NCBI GenBank assembly: GCA_964648295.1 | Contig: CAZYNH010000003.1 | Coordinates: forward strand, 96,360-160,359 | Origin: an uncultured Bacteroidia bacterium | Lineage (GTDB): Bacteria > UBA4055 | Direction: 5' to 3' | DNA length: 64,000 nt | Part shown: positions 10,086-19,295 of the stretch, piece after piece | How the letters are laid out: each line of letters opens with the position of its first letter | How positions within the stretch are numbered: the stretch's first letter is position 1 | Program-made: the position numbers and the translations under genes | The notes under the pieces: generated by a model | Told to the model about the DNA's origin: nothing | What the model saw: only the letters and a program-made list of their open reading frames with translations | Database searches by the model: none

Positions 10086-10264
10086 TTCTCTTCCGCATCA
10101 TTTTTATTTTTCGATTTTGCTTTTCCGATAGCTATCCATGAGATCCCGAGACCCAAAAAAGTCAGACCTACGGCAGGAGACCTTTTCGAGAGCACTATCC
10201 CTATTACGCAGAAAGAAATACCTATAGGTATGAAAATTTTGAAATCCGGTTTGCTTCTTTCCAT
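10082..10264 (-). CDS. small membrane protein
   Basis: 60 aa from the internal ATG (MERSKPDF…) preceded by AAAGG. Two hydrophobic helices. 4-nt overlap with the downstream gene. Confidence 0.35.
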   Translation of the reverse strand: MERSKPDFKIFIPIGISFCVIGIVLSKRSPAVGLTFLGLGISWIAIGKAKSKNKNDAEEK

Positions 10265-10336
10265 ATTGCAACCTTTCAATTATTTTTGATGCAATTTACT
10301 ATTAAGGTCAAAGTAAGTCAATAAAATAAAAATTAA

Positions 10337-10368
10337 CAAAAAACCGGGCTTTTGACCCGGTTCTTTTT
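10337..10368. terminator. intrinsic terminator downstream of rsgA
   Basis: AAAAAA-ACCGGG-(7 nt)-CCCGGT-TCTTTTT hairpin, 2 nt after the rsgA stop. Confidence 0.7.
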
Positions 10369-10370
10369 GT

Positions 10371-11516
10371 TTAATGAGAGTACTTATCCCTTCTTTTTAT
10401 TCCGCGGGAATGCTCTTTAATTCTCATGAAACCGCGTTTTTCTTTCTCGAAAGCTTTTTCCAAGAACTTTTCTCTCTGCTTTGACCGTTTCTCAAAGAAT
10501 GCCGATTCCCGTTTCAGCTTAAGATAATTAGAATACCGTTTTTCGCAGAGTTCGCCGCTCTCGATAGCTTCGATCACCGCGCAGCCGGGCTCGGAATCGT
10601 GTCTGCAATTAGAGAATCTGCACCGGCTTTCGAGCTCGATAATATCCTCGAAAGTATTTTCGATCGCCTCGATCGAAGCTGCGGGTTTCAGGTCGCGGAT
10701 GCCCGGATTGTCGATCAGGATCCCCCCTTCGGGAAAGAGAAGCATTTCTCTGTGGGTCGTAGTGTGCTTACCTCTCTTGTCAGCCTCTCTGATGCCCGAT
10801 ACGAACATTTTATCTTCACCGAGAAGCGCGTTAATGATGGAAGATTTGCCCACGCCTGATGAACCGATGAAGCTTACCGTTCTGCCCGGTTTTAAATATG
10901 GCAGAATTTCTTCCAGACCGTCAAAGTCAACTGCGCTTACCGCATAAACAGGAAGTCCGTTGGCTATGTTCTCAACTTTTTCGACATAATCTTCCCATTC
11001 AGGGCAAATGTCCTTTTTATTCAGGATCAGAACAGGCTCAGCTCCGCTTTCATACAGCATCACGATATATCTTTCGATCTTTGAAAGATTAAAATCCCTT
11101 TCATCCATCGCGGCTACATAAAATACGGTATCGATGTTGCTTGAAATGATGCGTATCCCGCCGTCGCCCGCCTTCTCAAAGTTACGCCCGAATGTGTCCT
11201 TGCCTTTCCTGATCAGCTTCGTCCGCCTTGGCAGAACTCCCTCAATGAAATGATCCTCGGCTCCGTCAGGCTTACTCAGCGCGACCCAGTCTCCTACGAC
11301 AGGCAGCTGCTCCTTCCCGAATGCGCTCATAAAGAACTTTGTGGATAATGCGGCTTTAACTTCTCCATCCTCCGTCATAAGCCAGTACTGATTGATGCTC
11401 TCTTTTGTTACTCTGGCCGGAATGTAATCCATCGCTCTGTAAGGTTCAAAGCTATTTTCAAAAAATTCGTCCCAGCCGTAATCGTTCAATGTTGTCATTT
11501 TATTTTCTGTCTCCAA
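10371..11516 (-). CDS. rsgA: ribosome small-subunit-dependent GTPase A
   Basis: GTPase P-loop GSSGVGKSSIINAL. C-terminal zinc knuckle CRFSNCRHDSEPGCAV typical of RsgA/YjeQ. N-terminal OB fold. Confidence 0.85.
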   Translation of the reverse strand: METENKMTTLNDYGWDEFFENSFEPYRAMDYIPARVTKESINQYWLMTEDGEVKAALSTKFFMSAFGKEQLPVVGDWVALSKPDGAEDHFIEGVLPRRTKLIRKGKDTFGRNFEKAGDGGIRIISSNIDTVFYVAAMDERDFNLSKIERYIVMLYESGAEPVLILNKKDICPEWEDYVEKVENIANGLPVYAVSAVDFDGLEEILPYLKPGRTVSFIGSSGVGKSSIINALLGEDKMFVSGIREADKRGKHTTTHREMLLFPEGGILIDNPGIRDLKPAASIEAIENTFEDIIELESRCRFSNCRHDSEPGCAVIEAIESGELCEKRYSNYLKLKRESAFFEKRSKQREKFLEKAFEKEKRGFMRIKEHSRGIKRRDKYSH

Positions 11517-12080
11517 TGTTTTTGTTTTGAGGAGACTTTTTTGCTTTTTAAAAGCTCCTCTTTGCCGTGTTGTAAAATTTTGAACAGTTCATACTGACCT
11601 CCTGCTGTTAAAATTAAATTTGCCGCTCATTAAGAACGGATATGTATTTTGTTTTATAATTCGGAATTTAAAAGACGGTCGTCAAAGATCCTGAAGCGGA
11701 CCTTATAGATGGGTGCGAGAAAAGATTAAGAAGCTGAGCTGATCCTACCGCCATATCCCCGAATTACTCTCAGAATATCTTACAATCATCATTACCTCCT
11801 GCGGTTTGGTTTAAGTTTGATTTGAATTATAACAACAAATTTTTAAAAATGCAATAAAACATTGTCTATCTGTACATTTCGATCGTTTTATCTGGATCGC
11901 TCTTACTTATCCTGGGTTTGCTCATTTCCGGTATCGGTTCATGTATCATGTTTTCCGGTTTTTTTTCTTTTTCTGTATTTTTTGTTTTCGCGTACACTTT
12001 CTTTGCCTGCTTTGTTCGTTCTAAAGGCAAGATAAGCACAAGTAAAATGATATTCTGTGACTGTTGTCACATATAGAAGA

Positions 12081-12500
12081 TTAAATGTGAAGCTGAGGAT
12101 TGAATATTTTCAACTTACTACCCGAACTGATCTGATTGAAGTCGCGGTCTTTATGAAAAACCTGAACATTATTTAAAATCGCATAAGAGGCTATTAAGCA
12201 GTCATTGGATTTTCTGATCGTGATACCTTTCTTTCTCAGTGATCTGTACAGTTCAATGGAGTGAACGGTTACCTTCATAATTTCCATATCAATCAGCCTA
12301 AAACTATTCAGAATATCTTTAATATCTTCGAAAACTTTGTCATCTTTTATACCCTGCAATATTTCCTGATATATCGTTGGACAAATACAAATGTCGAAGT
12401 TGTCATCAATGAGTAATTGCAGTACGCCGGCCTCTTTGGAATCTTCCGCGCCATTAAAGAAATCGACCCAGACCGAAGTATCAACTAACACGCTGTTCAT
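12081..12500 (-). CDS. vapC: type II toxin VapC (PIN-domain ribonuclease)
   Basis: MNSVLVDTSVWVDFFNG… is a canonical PIN N-terminus with acidic catalytic residues. 139 aa. Overlaps the upstream antitoxin by 4 nt. Confidence 0.85.
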   Translation of the reverse strand: MNSVLVDTSVWVDFFNGAEDSKEAGVLQLLIDDNFDICICPTIYQEILQGIKDDKVFEDIKDILNSFRLIDMEIMKVTVHSIELYRSLRKKGITIRKSNDCLIASYAILNNVQVFHKDRDFNQISSGSKLKIFNPQLHI

Positions 12501-12691
12501 TGTGTTGATCTCATTTCGTCAAGATCGCCGTCCCAGATCTTTTTTCCGCGGTATTCTAATATTTTCTTCCGGTTAAAGTGCTTAATATACTCTTCAAGAG
12601 CAAGATTGACTACCGCCTTTTTTGTATGAACACCGCTTATCTCCATTGCCATATCTACAAGCTTGTCATCAAGATCAATATTCGTTCTCAT
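12497..12691 (-). CDS. vapB: type II antitoxin VapB
   Basis: 64 aa starting MRTNIDLDDKLV… at the internal ATG. GGAGGG RBS 4 nt upstream. Translationally coupled to vapC. Confidence 0.75.
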   Translation of the reverse strand: MRTNIDLDDKLVDMAMEISGVHTKKAVVNLALEEYIKHFNRKKILEYRGKKIWDGDLDEMRSTQ

Positions 12692-12820
12692 AAAACCCTC
12701 CATACACATCGTTAACAGAAAATATACACATGACGGGCTTATTTGTCAAGGATTTTAATCAGTTACCTTGAAAGTGCAAAGTCTGTTTTGTCTCTATATA
12801 AGACAATTGTAAAATGTCGA

Positions 12821-13858
12821 TCATTTATTCTTGCTGTATTTTTGGAGTAAATCAATTATTTCTTTATTACGATTCTCTTTTGCGAACATCATAGGTGTTT
12901 TATCATTTAAGATCGAAGGGATATCTGTTTCAGCGCCGTTCTCGAGAAGTATTTTGACAGCTTCGATCTTGTTAGAAATAACTGCAATCGTTAGAGCTGT
13001 CATATTCATCTTGTTCTTTAAATTTACATCAGCTCCGTTTTCAATAAGCAGTTTCATGATTTCAATATCATCTATTGAGCACATCAAAGGCGAGAAATCT
13101 GAAAATAAAAAATTCAAATCAATATCTTTGTTTATCATCTTTTTAGCTCGGGCGTACTCTTTGTTCATAAGAGCCTGAACAATGCAGTCAGGATTTATTT
13201 TGAATTCTTCAGCAATTGCACCTTTATTTATTAAAAAATATGATATATCGTCGTGACCCAATTCTTTAGATATTATATAAGCTGTATTTTTCTTTTTATC
13301 TCTATGTTGAATATCCGCGCCATTATCCAAAAGAAATTTTATAAATGCGATCTTTTCTTCAGGTTTTGTATATTCATATTTGATAGCCTTAATAATTGCC
13401 GATTCACCTTTGTCATTTTCCGTTTTTATATCAGCACCATTGCGAATAAGTATATCAGCTTTGTGAATATTACATCTTACTGATGAATGGAGTAAGGCAT
13501 CATTACCTTCGCGGTCTCTACTTGATACTTCCGCACCATATTCTAATAGCAGATTTAGTACATCCAAAGAATCTGCCACCATCAAAGCTGAAATTCCGTT
13601 ACCTGCTTTTTTGTTGACTTGAGCACCATTTTCAAGAAGGAATTTAACATTCTGAAATAGATTATATTGCGCTGCTAATGCCAAAGGCAGATCACCGTCC
13701 GAGTCTTTTTCGTTGACATCAGCATCTTGTGATATAAAATTTCTTAACTGCTCAATATTCTGTGAACAGGCAGCTGAATGAATACCTTCCTTTTCCCATG
13801 GGTAAAGAGGTGTGGCCATGTTAAGAAATGTTAGTATAAATAGTATTAAAATTCTCAT
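12821..13858 (-). CDS. secreted ankyrin-repeat protein
   Basis: N-terminal hydrophobic signal (MRILILFILTFLNMA). At least seven 33-aa ankyrin repeats (…GDLPLALAAQYNLFQNVKFLLENGAQVN…, TALTIAVISNKIEAVKILLENGAETD). Strongly AT-rich relative to its neighbours. Confidence 0.75.
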   Translation of the reverse strand: MRILILFILTFLNMATPLYPWEKEGIHSAACSQNIEQLRNFISQDADVNEKDSDGDLPLALAAQYNLFQNVKFLLENGAQVNKKAGNGISALMVADSLDVLNLLLEYGAEVSSRDREGNDALLHSSVRCNIHKADILIRNGADIKTENDKGESAIIKAIKYEYTKPEEKIAFIKFLLDNGADIQHRDKKKNTAYIISKELGHDDISYFLINKGAIAEEFKINPDCIVQALMNKEYARAKKMINKDIDLNFLFSDFSPLMCSIDDIEIMKLLIENGADVNLKNKMNMTALTIAVISNKIEAVKILLENGAETDIPSILNDKTPMMFAKENRNKEIIDLLQKYSKNK

Positions 13859-13872
13859 TTTGAACCTATAAT

Positions 13873-14223
13873 TTAATCGATATCCAAAACTATTTTAATA
13901 TTATCTTTGATATCTTTTTTGATTTCCTGCGGTAATTCTCCGGCTTTTCTGACAAGCCTTTTATTGTCGATCGCTCTTATCTGATCTATCATGATATCGC
14001 AGTCCTGAAGCACATTCCCCTCGCCCTTTTTTAAATGCACTCTTAATATTTGCGATCCTGTTTCTACATTTGTGGTTATCGGGCAAATAATTGTTGAAGG
14101 ATGGTGAATATTATTCAAAAGATCGGTCTGTATCACAACGACCGGTCTGACTTTTCCCGGCTCTGTACCGATCTGAGGACTTAAGTCTGCAATCCAGATT
14201 TCGAATTGACTGATATTTTTCAT
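13873..14223 (-). CDS. MazF/PemK-family endoribonuclease toxin
   Basis: 116 aa. IWIADLSPQIGTEPGKVRPVVVIQTDLLN…ICPITT matches the PemK/MazF fold signature. 4-nt overlap with the upstream antitoxin. Confidence 0.8.
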   Translation of the reverse strand: MKNISQFEIWIADLSPQIGTEPGKVRPVVVIQTDLLNNIHHPSTIICPITTNVETGSQILRVHLKKGEGNVLQDCDIMIDQIRAIDNKRLVRKAGELPQEIKKDIKDNIKIVLDID

Positions 14224-14441
14224 TCTAAATCCTCGAACTCTTTTAAAACTTTAAGAGATTCTTTTTTTACAAGCTTAGATTCGCATGCAAGCATTTTCTC
14301 GAGCATAGCTCTTTTCTGCATCTTGTTGTAATTCTCCACAGCTTCATTTATGTATCTGTTTCTCGGTTTTTTTAAACTTTCAAGGATCTTATCCGTCTCT
14401 TCAAGGATAGAGTCTTCAATTTTAAATGACAGGGTTTTCAT
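14220..14441 (-). CDS. ribbon-helix-helix antitoxin for the MazF-like toxin
   Basis: 73 aa from the internal ATG (MKTLSFKIEDSILEETDKILESLKKPRNRYINEAV…) preceded by GGAGG. RHH-like N-terminus. Confidence 0.7.
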   Translation of the reverse strand: MKTLSFKIEDSILEETDKILESLKKPRNRYINEAVENYNKMQKRAMLEKMLACESKLVKKESLKVLKEFEDLE

Positions 14442-14526
14442 AATAACCTCCTTTTGGTATATACTAAATATACATACTAAAAGTATATTTGTCAAGTATG
14501 TGTCAAATTTTGAGATATTATAAAAA

Positions 14527-15699
14527 TTATAAACTCATCTTCAATATTGCGAGAACTTCATCCTTCCCGAGCTTCTTGAATGTGCCGAGATCACCAAAGA
14601 CGACGGCTTTTTCAGCCATTTCTTCAAGTCGTTTACTATCAATACCGAATTCCGATAATGTTGAAGGCATTCCGATCGAATCGAAAAAATTGGCAGTTCT
14701 GTCGATCCCCTCGAGAGCGGTTTCGATGTCAGTTTTTCCGTGTGAGGAAATACCCCAGACATTTCTCGCGTAATCGAGAAATTTGGGCAGTGAATCGTCG
14801 TCAAGGACGAACTTCATCCAGTTGGGGAAGAGGACGGCGAGTCCGGCGCCGTGGCTGATGTCGTAGATCGCGCTTACCTCGTGCTCGATCATGTGCGTGG
14901 CCCAATCGGTCATTTTTCCGTAGGTTAAAAGCTGATTCAGAGCAAGAGTCCCGGCCCACAGGATGTTGGCGCGGGCTTCGTAATCTTCGGGATCTTTCAT
15001 GACCTTGGGCGCATAGTGAATTACCGCTCTCATTACAGCTTCTGCGAGCCTGTCGGAAAGGTATGCGCTCTTTGTGGGGCTGAAGTACTGCTCGAAAACA
15101 TGCACCATGATATCAACGATGCCCGCGGCTGTGTGGTAGGCCGGCACGGAGTATGTGTAAACAGGATCGAGCACGGCGAACTTCGGTTTGAGCCATTCGT
15201 GCCTGAAAGGAAGTTTCCGTTCCGTTTCATCGTCGGAGATGATCGAGCCCCAGTTGGTCTCGGATCCGGTGGCGGCGAGGGTCAGAACGACCCCTAAAGG
15301 CAGAGGCGTTTTTTCAAGCTTCGCTTTGCGGAGATAAAAGTCCCACGGGTCGCCGTCATAAACGGCTCCCGCCGCCATGCCTTTGCAGGCGTCAATGACG
15401 CTGCCGCCGCCTGCCGCCAGGATGAAGTCGAGACCGTTCTCGCGGATGATCTTTACACCTTCGCGGACGCTTGATATGCGTGGATTCGGTTTTATTCCTG
15501 AAAGCTCTCTAAAATAAATTCCGTTTTCATTTAACAGCTTTACAATACTATCGTAAACCCCGTTGTTTTTTATGCTTCCGCCGCCGTAAACGAGTAGAAT
15601 TCTCGTACCGCTGAATTTTCTGATATATCCCGCAAGGCCGTTAACCGTATCTTTACCGAAATATACTTCGGTCGGCAGCGACATAGTGAAATTAAGCAT
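14527..15699 (-). CDS. iron-containing (group III) alcohol dehydrogenase
   Basis: 390 aa. GGGSVIDACKGMAAGA nucleotide-binding motif. Metal-binding His cluster (HMIEHEVSAIYDISHGAG). Confidence 0.85.
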   Translation of the reverse strand: MLNFTMSLPTEVYFGKDTVNGLAGYIRKFSGTRILLVYGGGSIKNNGVYDSIVKLLNENGIYFRELSGIKPNPRISSVREGVKIIRENGLDFILAAGGGSVIDACKGMAAGAVYDGDPWDFYLRKAKLEKTPLPLGVVLTLAATGSETNWGSIISDDETERKLPFRHEWLKPKFAVLDPVYTYSVPAYHTAAGIVDIMVHVFEQYFSPTKSAYLSDRLAEAVMRAVIHYAPKVMKDPEDYEARANILWAGTLALNQLLTYGKMTDWATHMIEHEVSAIYDISHGAGLAVLFPNWMKFVLDDDSLPKFLDYARNVWGISSHGKTDIETALEGIDRTANFFDSIGMPSTLSEFGIDSKRLEEMAEKAVVFGDLGTFKKLGKDEVLAILKMSL

Positions 15700-15707
15700 A
15701 GGTTCCC

Positions 15708-17213
15708 CTAATAATTGTTGGCAAAGTATATGAGAATGTCTTCGAAAATGGAGTTCGACCGGGTCCTTGTCAGATCAAAATAATTGTTTATTACGGAAAA
15801 GGCTATGCGCCTGTTGTTCTTCGTGTATAAATATCCTGAAAGAGCGTTCACGCCTGTCATTGATCCTGTTTTTGCAAAAAGGCGGTTCTGAAGGTCGGGA
15901 TGGGTCATTTTACTTATGAGAGTTCCTTCCGTACCGGGCCTGGGAAGAGAGGAGATATAGGTAATGAAATTCGGATCGTCGAACATGACAGAAAGAACTT
16001 TTATGAACTTGTCGGCCGAAAAGAAATTCATTCTCGAAAGGCCGCTGCCGTCACTTAGAGTAAAATTATCTATCCCGAAAAGGGTTTTATAAAGGTCAGA
16101 GTTTATTTTGAGAAGATTATTGTAGTTAAGAGGTATCCTCTCAAGGGAATCAGTGAGAGCAGAGTCGGTCGAAAACACCTTGGCGGTCTCCCTGAAGATC
16201 TGTTCAGCATACAGGTTGTTGCTTTCTCCGCTGCATTTATCGATCATTCTGTACAGGCTGTCGCTGAATATTGTGCAGATGTGTATTTTTGTTGTGTCAT
16301 TATTTAAAACTGTCTTATCCCTTATCCTTACCCCGTTTTTTTCCAGATGTTCTTTCAGGTTTATCCTGTAGAATTTGTCGGGATCGTTGACCGTAACGAA
16401 TCCTGAGGATGTATTTTTAAAAGTTGATCTGACTATCACGGAATCTGTGCCTATTATCCTGTTGAAGGCCGCTTTTTTTATATCGGGGATCGTGTCTCTT
16501 TTAAGTATGAAAGGGTAGAACGGAGTAATTTCGGTATTTTCGTTTTTGAGTACGATCTTTGAAAGGTTCTCATGGAAGGTAAGAGGAGAGACCGGCGCCG
16601 CGTAGTAGACAGGAAGGTCGTCAATGTCCCAGCCTCTTCCGAATGCCTCTTCCTGCCTGAAACGATTAAGCGGTATAATTTTCCCCTCAATATAATCAAT
16701 GCCCCGGGAAAGTCTTAATTCTCTGATTAGAGGTTCGAATTCCTTCAAAGACCTGTCTTTCAAAAAATTTCCCGCCGTGGAAGGGTCTCCCGTGCCTTTG
16801 ACATAAAGGTTGCCCATGAGAAGATTGAGTTTTCTGTCTATGTGGCCGTCGGTATAGAATTCCGTTCTGAATCTGTAGTCGGGTCCCAGTACCTTGATTG
16901 CAGCAGCTGTTGTTACCAGTTTGAGATTTGAAGCGGGCAGAAGGTTTTTATTACGGTTGTATTCGAAAAGGATATCCTTTGAGTCGAGATCATAGAATAC
17001 CACCGACCAAACGCCGCTTCTGGGGTCAGTCAGTGCTGAGAATTCCTTTGGAAGATCGGCGACATTAATGTCTCTGACGACCAGCCTTTCGGTTTTGCTC
17101 TTTTGAGCCGCCTGATCATCATAAGACCCGTTCCCGAGCTCTTTTGATCCCGAACAGGAGAGAATTATTAGCGGCAGAATAAAAACAGTTATGTATTTGG
17201 GGAAAAACTTCAT
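15708..17213 (-). CDS. D-alanyl-D-alanine carboxypeptidase/endopeptidase, PBP4 (peptidase S13) family lipoprotein
   Basis: 501 aa. Lipoprotein signal (LSCSGSK). PASNLKLVTTAAAIKVLG contains the SxxK active-site motif typical of DacB/PBP4. Confidence 0.65.
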   Translation of the reverse strand: MKFFPKYITVFILPLIILSCSGSKELGNGSYDDQAAQKSKTERLVVRDINVADLPKEFSALTDPRSGVWSVVFYDLDSKDILFEYNRNKNLLPASNLKLVTTAAAIKVLGPDYRFRTEFYTDGHIDRKLNLLMGNLYVKGTGDPSTAGNFLKDRSLKEFEPLIRELRLSRGIDYIEGKIIPLNRFRQEEAFGRGWDIDDLPVYYAAPVSPLTFHENLSKIVLKNENTEITPFYPFILKRDTIPDIKKAAFNRIIGTDSVIVRSTFKNTSSGFVTVNDPDKFYRINLKEHLEKNGVRIRDKTVLNNDTTKIHICTIFSDSLYRMIDKCSGESNNLYAEQIFRETAKVFSTDSALTDSLERIPLNYNNLLKINSDLYKTLFGIDNFTLSDGSGLSRMNFFSADKFIKVLSVMFDDPNFITYISSLPRPGTEGTLISKMTHPDLQNRLFAKTGSMTGVNALSGYLYTKNNRRIAFSVINNYFDLTRTRSNSIFEDILIYFANNY

Positions 17214-17719
17214 TTTTTTCTGAAAAAGTGGATGAACCGTTCCCAGAAACCTACTCTTGTGTTGACCCTGATCTTACCTTTGAGCGCAGGCGGAGACACA
17301 TTCTGCACAACGAACATTTCGGACATTGAGAGATCGCGCGTTCTGATCATGGAGTCAAAATCGTCCATCTTCTTGTCAACCTCTATTGCCTGGAGCTGAT
17401 ATTCGGTCGGTTCGAGCACGAACTCAATATCAGTTACAGCATCCTTCCTTACCTCGATCCCTCTGGCGAATTCGTCCATGAAACCTATGTGCGAGCACCT
17501 TAGAATATAGCGGCCCACAGGTACGCCCCGGATCACGAATCTACCCTTCTCGTCTGTCGCGGACCCCAGACTGGTGCCGATCACGGTGATATTCGCCTCG
17601 GAAAGTATGCCGTTTTCAGTACTTATCACATTACCTCTGATTATGCCGGTAGAGAAGGCTGTTCCGATCACGGCGAGCAGGATAATTAAGGAGATCTTTT
17701 TCATATTAAGAAACCTCAT
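17210..17719 (-). CDS. secreted carboxypeptidase-regulatory-like (CarbopepD_reg) domain protein
   Basis: 169 aa with a signal peptide. GIIRGNVISTENGILSEANITVIGTSLGSATDEKGRFVIRGVPVGRYILRCSHIGF. 4-nt overlap with the PBP4 gene. Confidence 0.55.
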   Translation of the reverse strand: MRFLNMKKISLIILLAVIGTAFSTGIIRGNVISTENGILSEANITVIGTSLGSATDEKGRFVIRGVPVGRYILRCSHIGFMDEFARGIEVRKDAVTDIEFVLEPTEYQLQAIEVDKKMDDFDSMIRTRDLSMSEMFVVQNVSPPALKGKIRVNTRVGFWERFIHFFRKK

Positions 17720-17846
17720 TTTAGAAATTCAACTAAATTTACGCTGATTTGTTCTTAAAACAAAATAAAAAAAGAAGTATTTTACTTGATTTGAGGATAT
17801 GATTAATGTTATATTTTCAAGTCGGAATTTGCACGCAGGAGATCTT

Positions 17847-18077
17847 ATGCATGAAAAGCAGTTAATGGAAGCGGTGCTGAACTACCTTAGAAGGAACGGC
17901 CCGGCATCTGTTTTTAAAGCGCTGAAGGAGTCGGTCGGGGAGCAGGAAGCTTCACAGTATGCCAATGAGATCGAATACGCGCTGGAACGGAAAGACCTTA
18001 TTGATCTCAGGGGTTCCGCGGAAGGAAAAATGACCGCAGAGATCACGACTAAAGGCAAAATGTATCTCGACGAATAG
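17847..18077 (+). CDS. small hypothetical protein
   Basis: 76 aa from ATG 17847 with GGAG 6 nt upstream. The longer ORF call begins at 17799. Confidence 0.4.
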   Translation: MHEKQLMEAVLNYLRRNGPASVFKALKESVGEQEASQYANEIEYALERKDLIDLRGSAEGKMTAEITTKGKMYLDE

Positions 18078-18078
18078 A

Positions 18079-19287
18079 TTATTTTATACCGAATAACGCT
18101 TTAATGAACATATCGCCTTCGATCAGTCCGTAGTATCCTTTTTCTACGGATTTTTCATTGTATTCTGTAACGCCGTCAGGTTCCTCATCAGGCCTGTAGA
18201 TCACGAAAGGCACCGGATCGTGAACATGGGTTCTCACATCGCACGGGGTCGCGTGGTCGGGAGTCAGCGCAATGGCGACAGGTTCTTCGAACTTCGCGGT
18301 CTCTTCCATGATGTATTTCAGAGCTCTCTTATCAAGATATTCAAGCGACTTTATCTTCAGTTCTGCGTTCCCCTCGTGGCCGGCCTCGTCGGTGGCTTCA
18401 ACATGAAGATACACAAGGTCGTGAGTTTTTAAAGCTTCGACGGCGGCTTTCGCCTTACCTTCGTAATTGGTCGTATAGAGGCCGGTCGCGCCTTGGACAT
18501 GAATAACATCCATTCCCGCGTAGACTCCGATCCCGTAGAGGAGATCGACCGCGGAAATGACCGCGCCGGTTTTGCCGTACAGCTCCTTTAAGGTCTTCAT
18601 CTCGGGCTTGTAGCCGGCCGACCAGAACCAGACCGAATTGGCCGGGTCTTTTCCCGCCGCGACCCTTTTTTTATTCACCGGGTGATCCGCCAGTATCTTC
18701 TGCGATCTTAAAATGAGGTCTGCAAGTACGCGGCAGGTATCAACTGCGGCGGGATCGGCGGCTTCGGGCATGACCGAAGCGAAAGGCGTGCCGGGGACAT
18801 CGTGCGGAGGAGTCAGCTTGAGCTCCTTTCTGCCGTTCTTTAACACGAATAGATGTCTGTAGCTCACGCCCTTATGGAATTTCATTCTTTCATTCGAAAA
18901 TTCTTTGTTCAGCGCCTCAATAAGCTCATGCGCCTCCTCCGATGAAATGTGGCCCGCGGAGTGGTTCTTTATATTTCCGTTCTCTATACATATCAGGTTG
19001 CATCTCATCGCGAGATCGTCGGGATCGAGTTTTACGCCCATGCTCGCCGCTTCAAGCACTCCGCGCCCCTGATAGACCTTCCTCACATCGTAGCCGAGAA
19101 CGGCCATGTTCGCGACCTCGCTCCCCGGCGGAAGATCGTCGGGCACGGTTTTAAAAAGCCCGCATCTTCCCATTTTCGCGAGTTTGTGTATATTCGGTAT
19201 ATCCGCGGTCATTAACGGCGTTTTTCCGCCAAGCTTTTCGATCGGGTAGTCGCTCATCCCGTCGCCCAAGACGATGATGTATTTCAT
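18079..19287 (-). CDS. cofactor-independent phosphoglycerate mutase homolog (ApgM-type metalloenzyme), candidate non-orthologous homoserine kinase
   Basis: 402 aa. MKYIIVLGDGMSDYPIEKLGGKTPL… N-terminus and metal-binding Asp/His pattern of the alkaline-phosphatase-like iPGM (ApgM) family. Sits 8 nt downstream of thrC. Confidence 0.65.
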   Translation of the reverse strand: MKYIIVLGDGMSDYPIEKLGGKTPLMTADIPNIHKLAKMGRCGLFKTVPDDLPPGSEVANMAVLGYDVRKVYQGRGVLEAASMGVKLDPDDLAMRCNLICIENGNIKNHSAGHISSEEAHELIEALNKEFSNERMKFHKGVSYRHLFVLKNGRKELKLTPPHDVPGTPFASVMPEAADPAAVDTCRVLADLILRSQKILADHPVNKKRVAAGKDPANSVWFWSAGYKPEMKTLKELYGKTGAVISAVDLLYGIGVYAGMDVIHVQGATGLYTTNYEGKAKAAVEALKTHDLVYLHVEATDEAGHEGNAELKIKSLEYLDKRALKYIMEETAKFEEPVAIALTPDHATPCDVRTHVHDPVPFVIYRPDEEPDGVTEYNEKSVEKGYYGLIEGDMFIKALFGIK

Positions 19288-19295
19288 TTTCTTCC

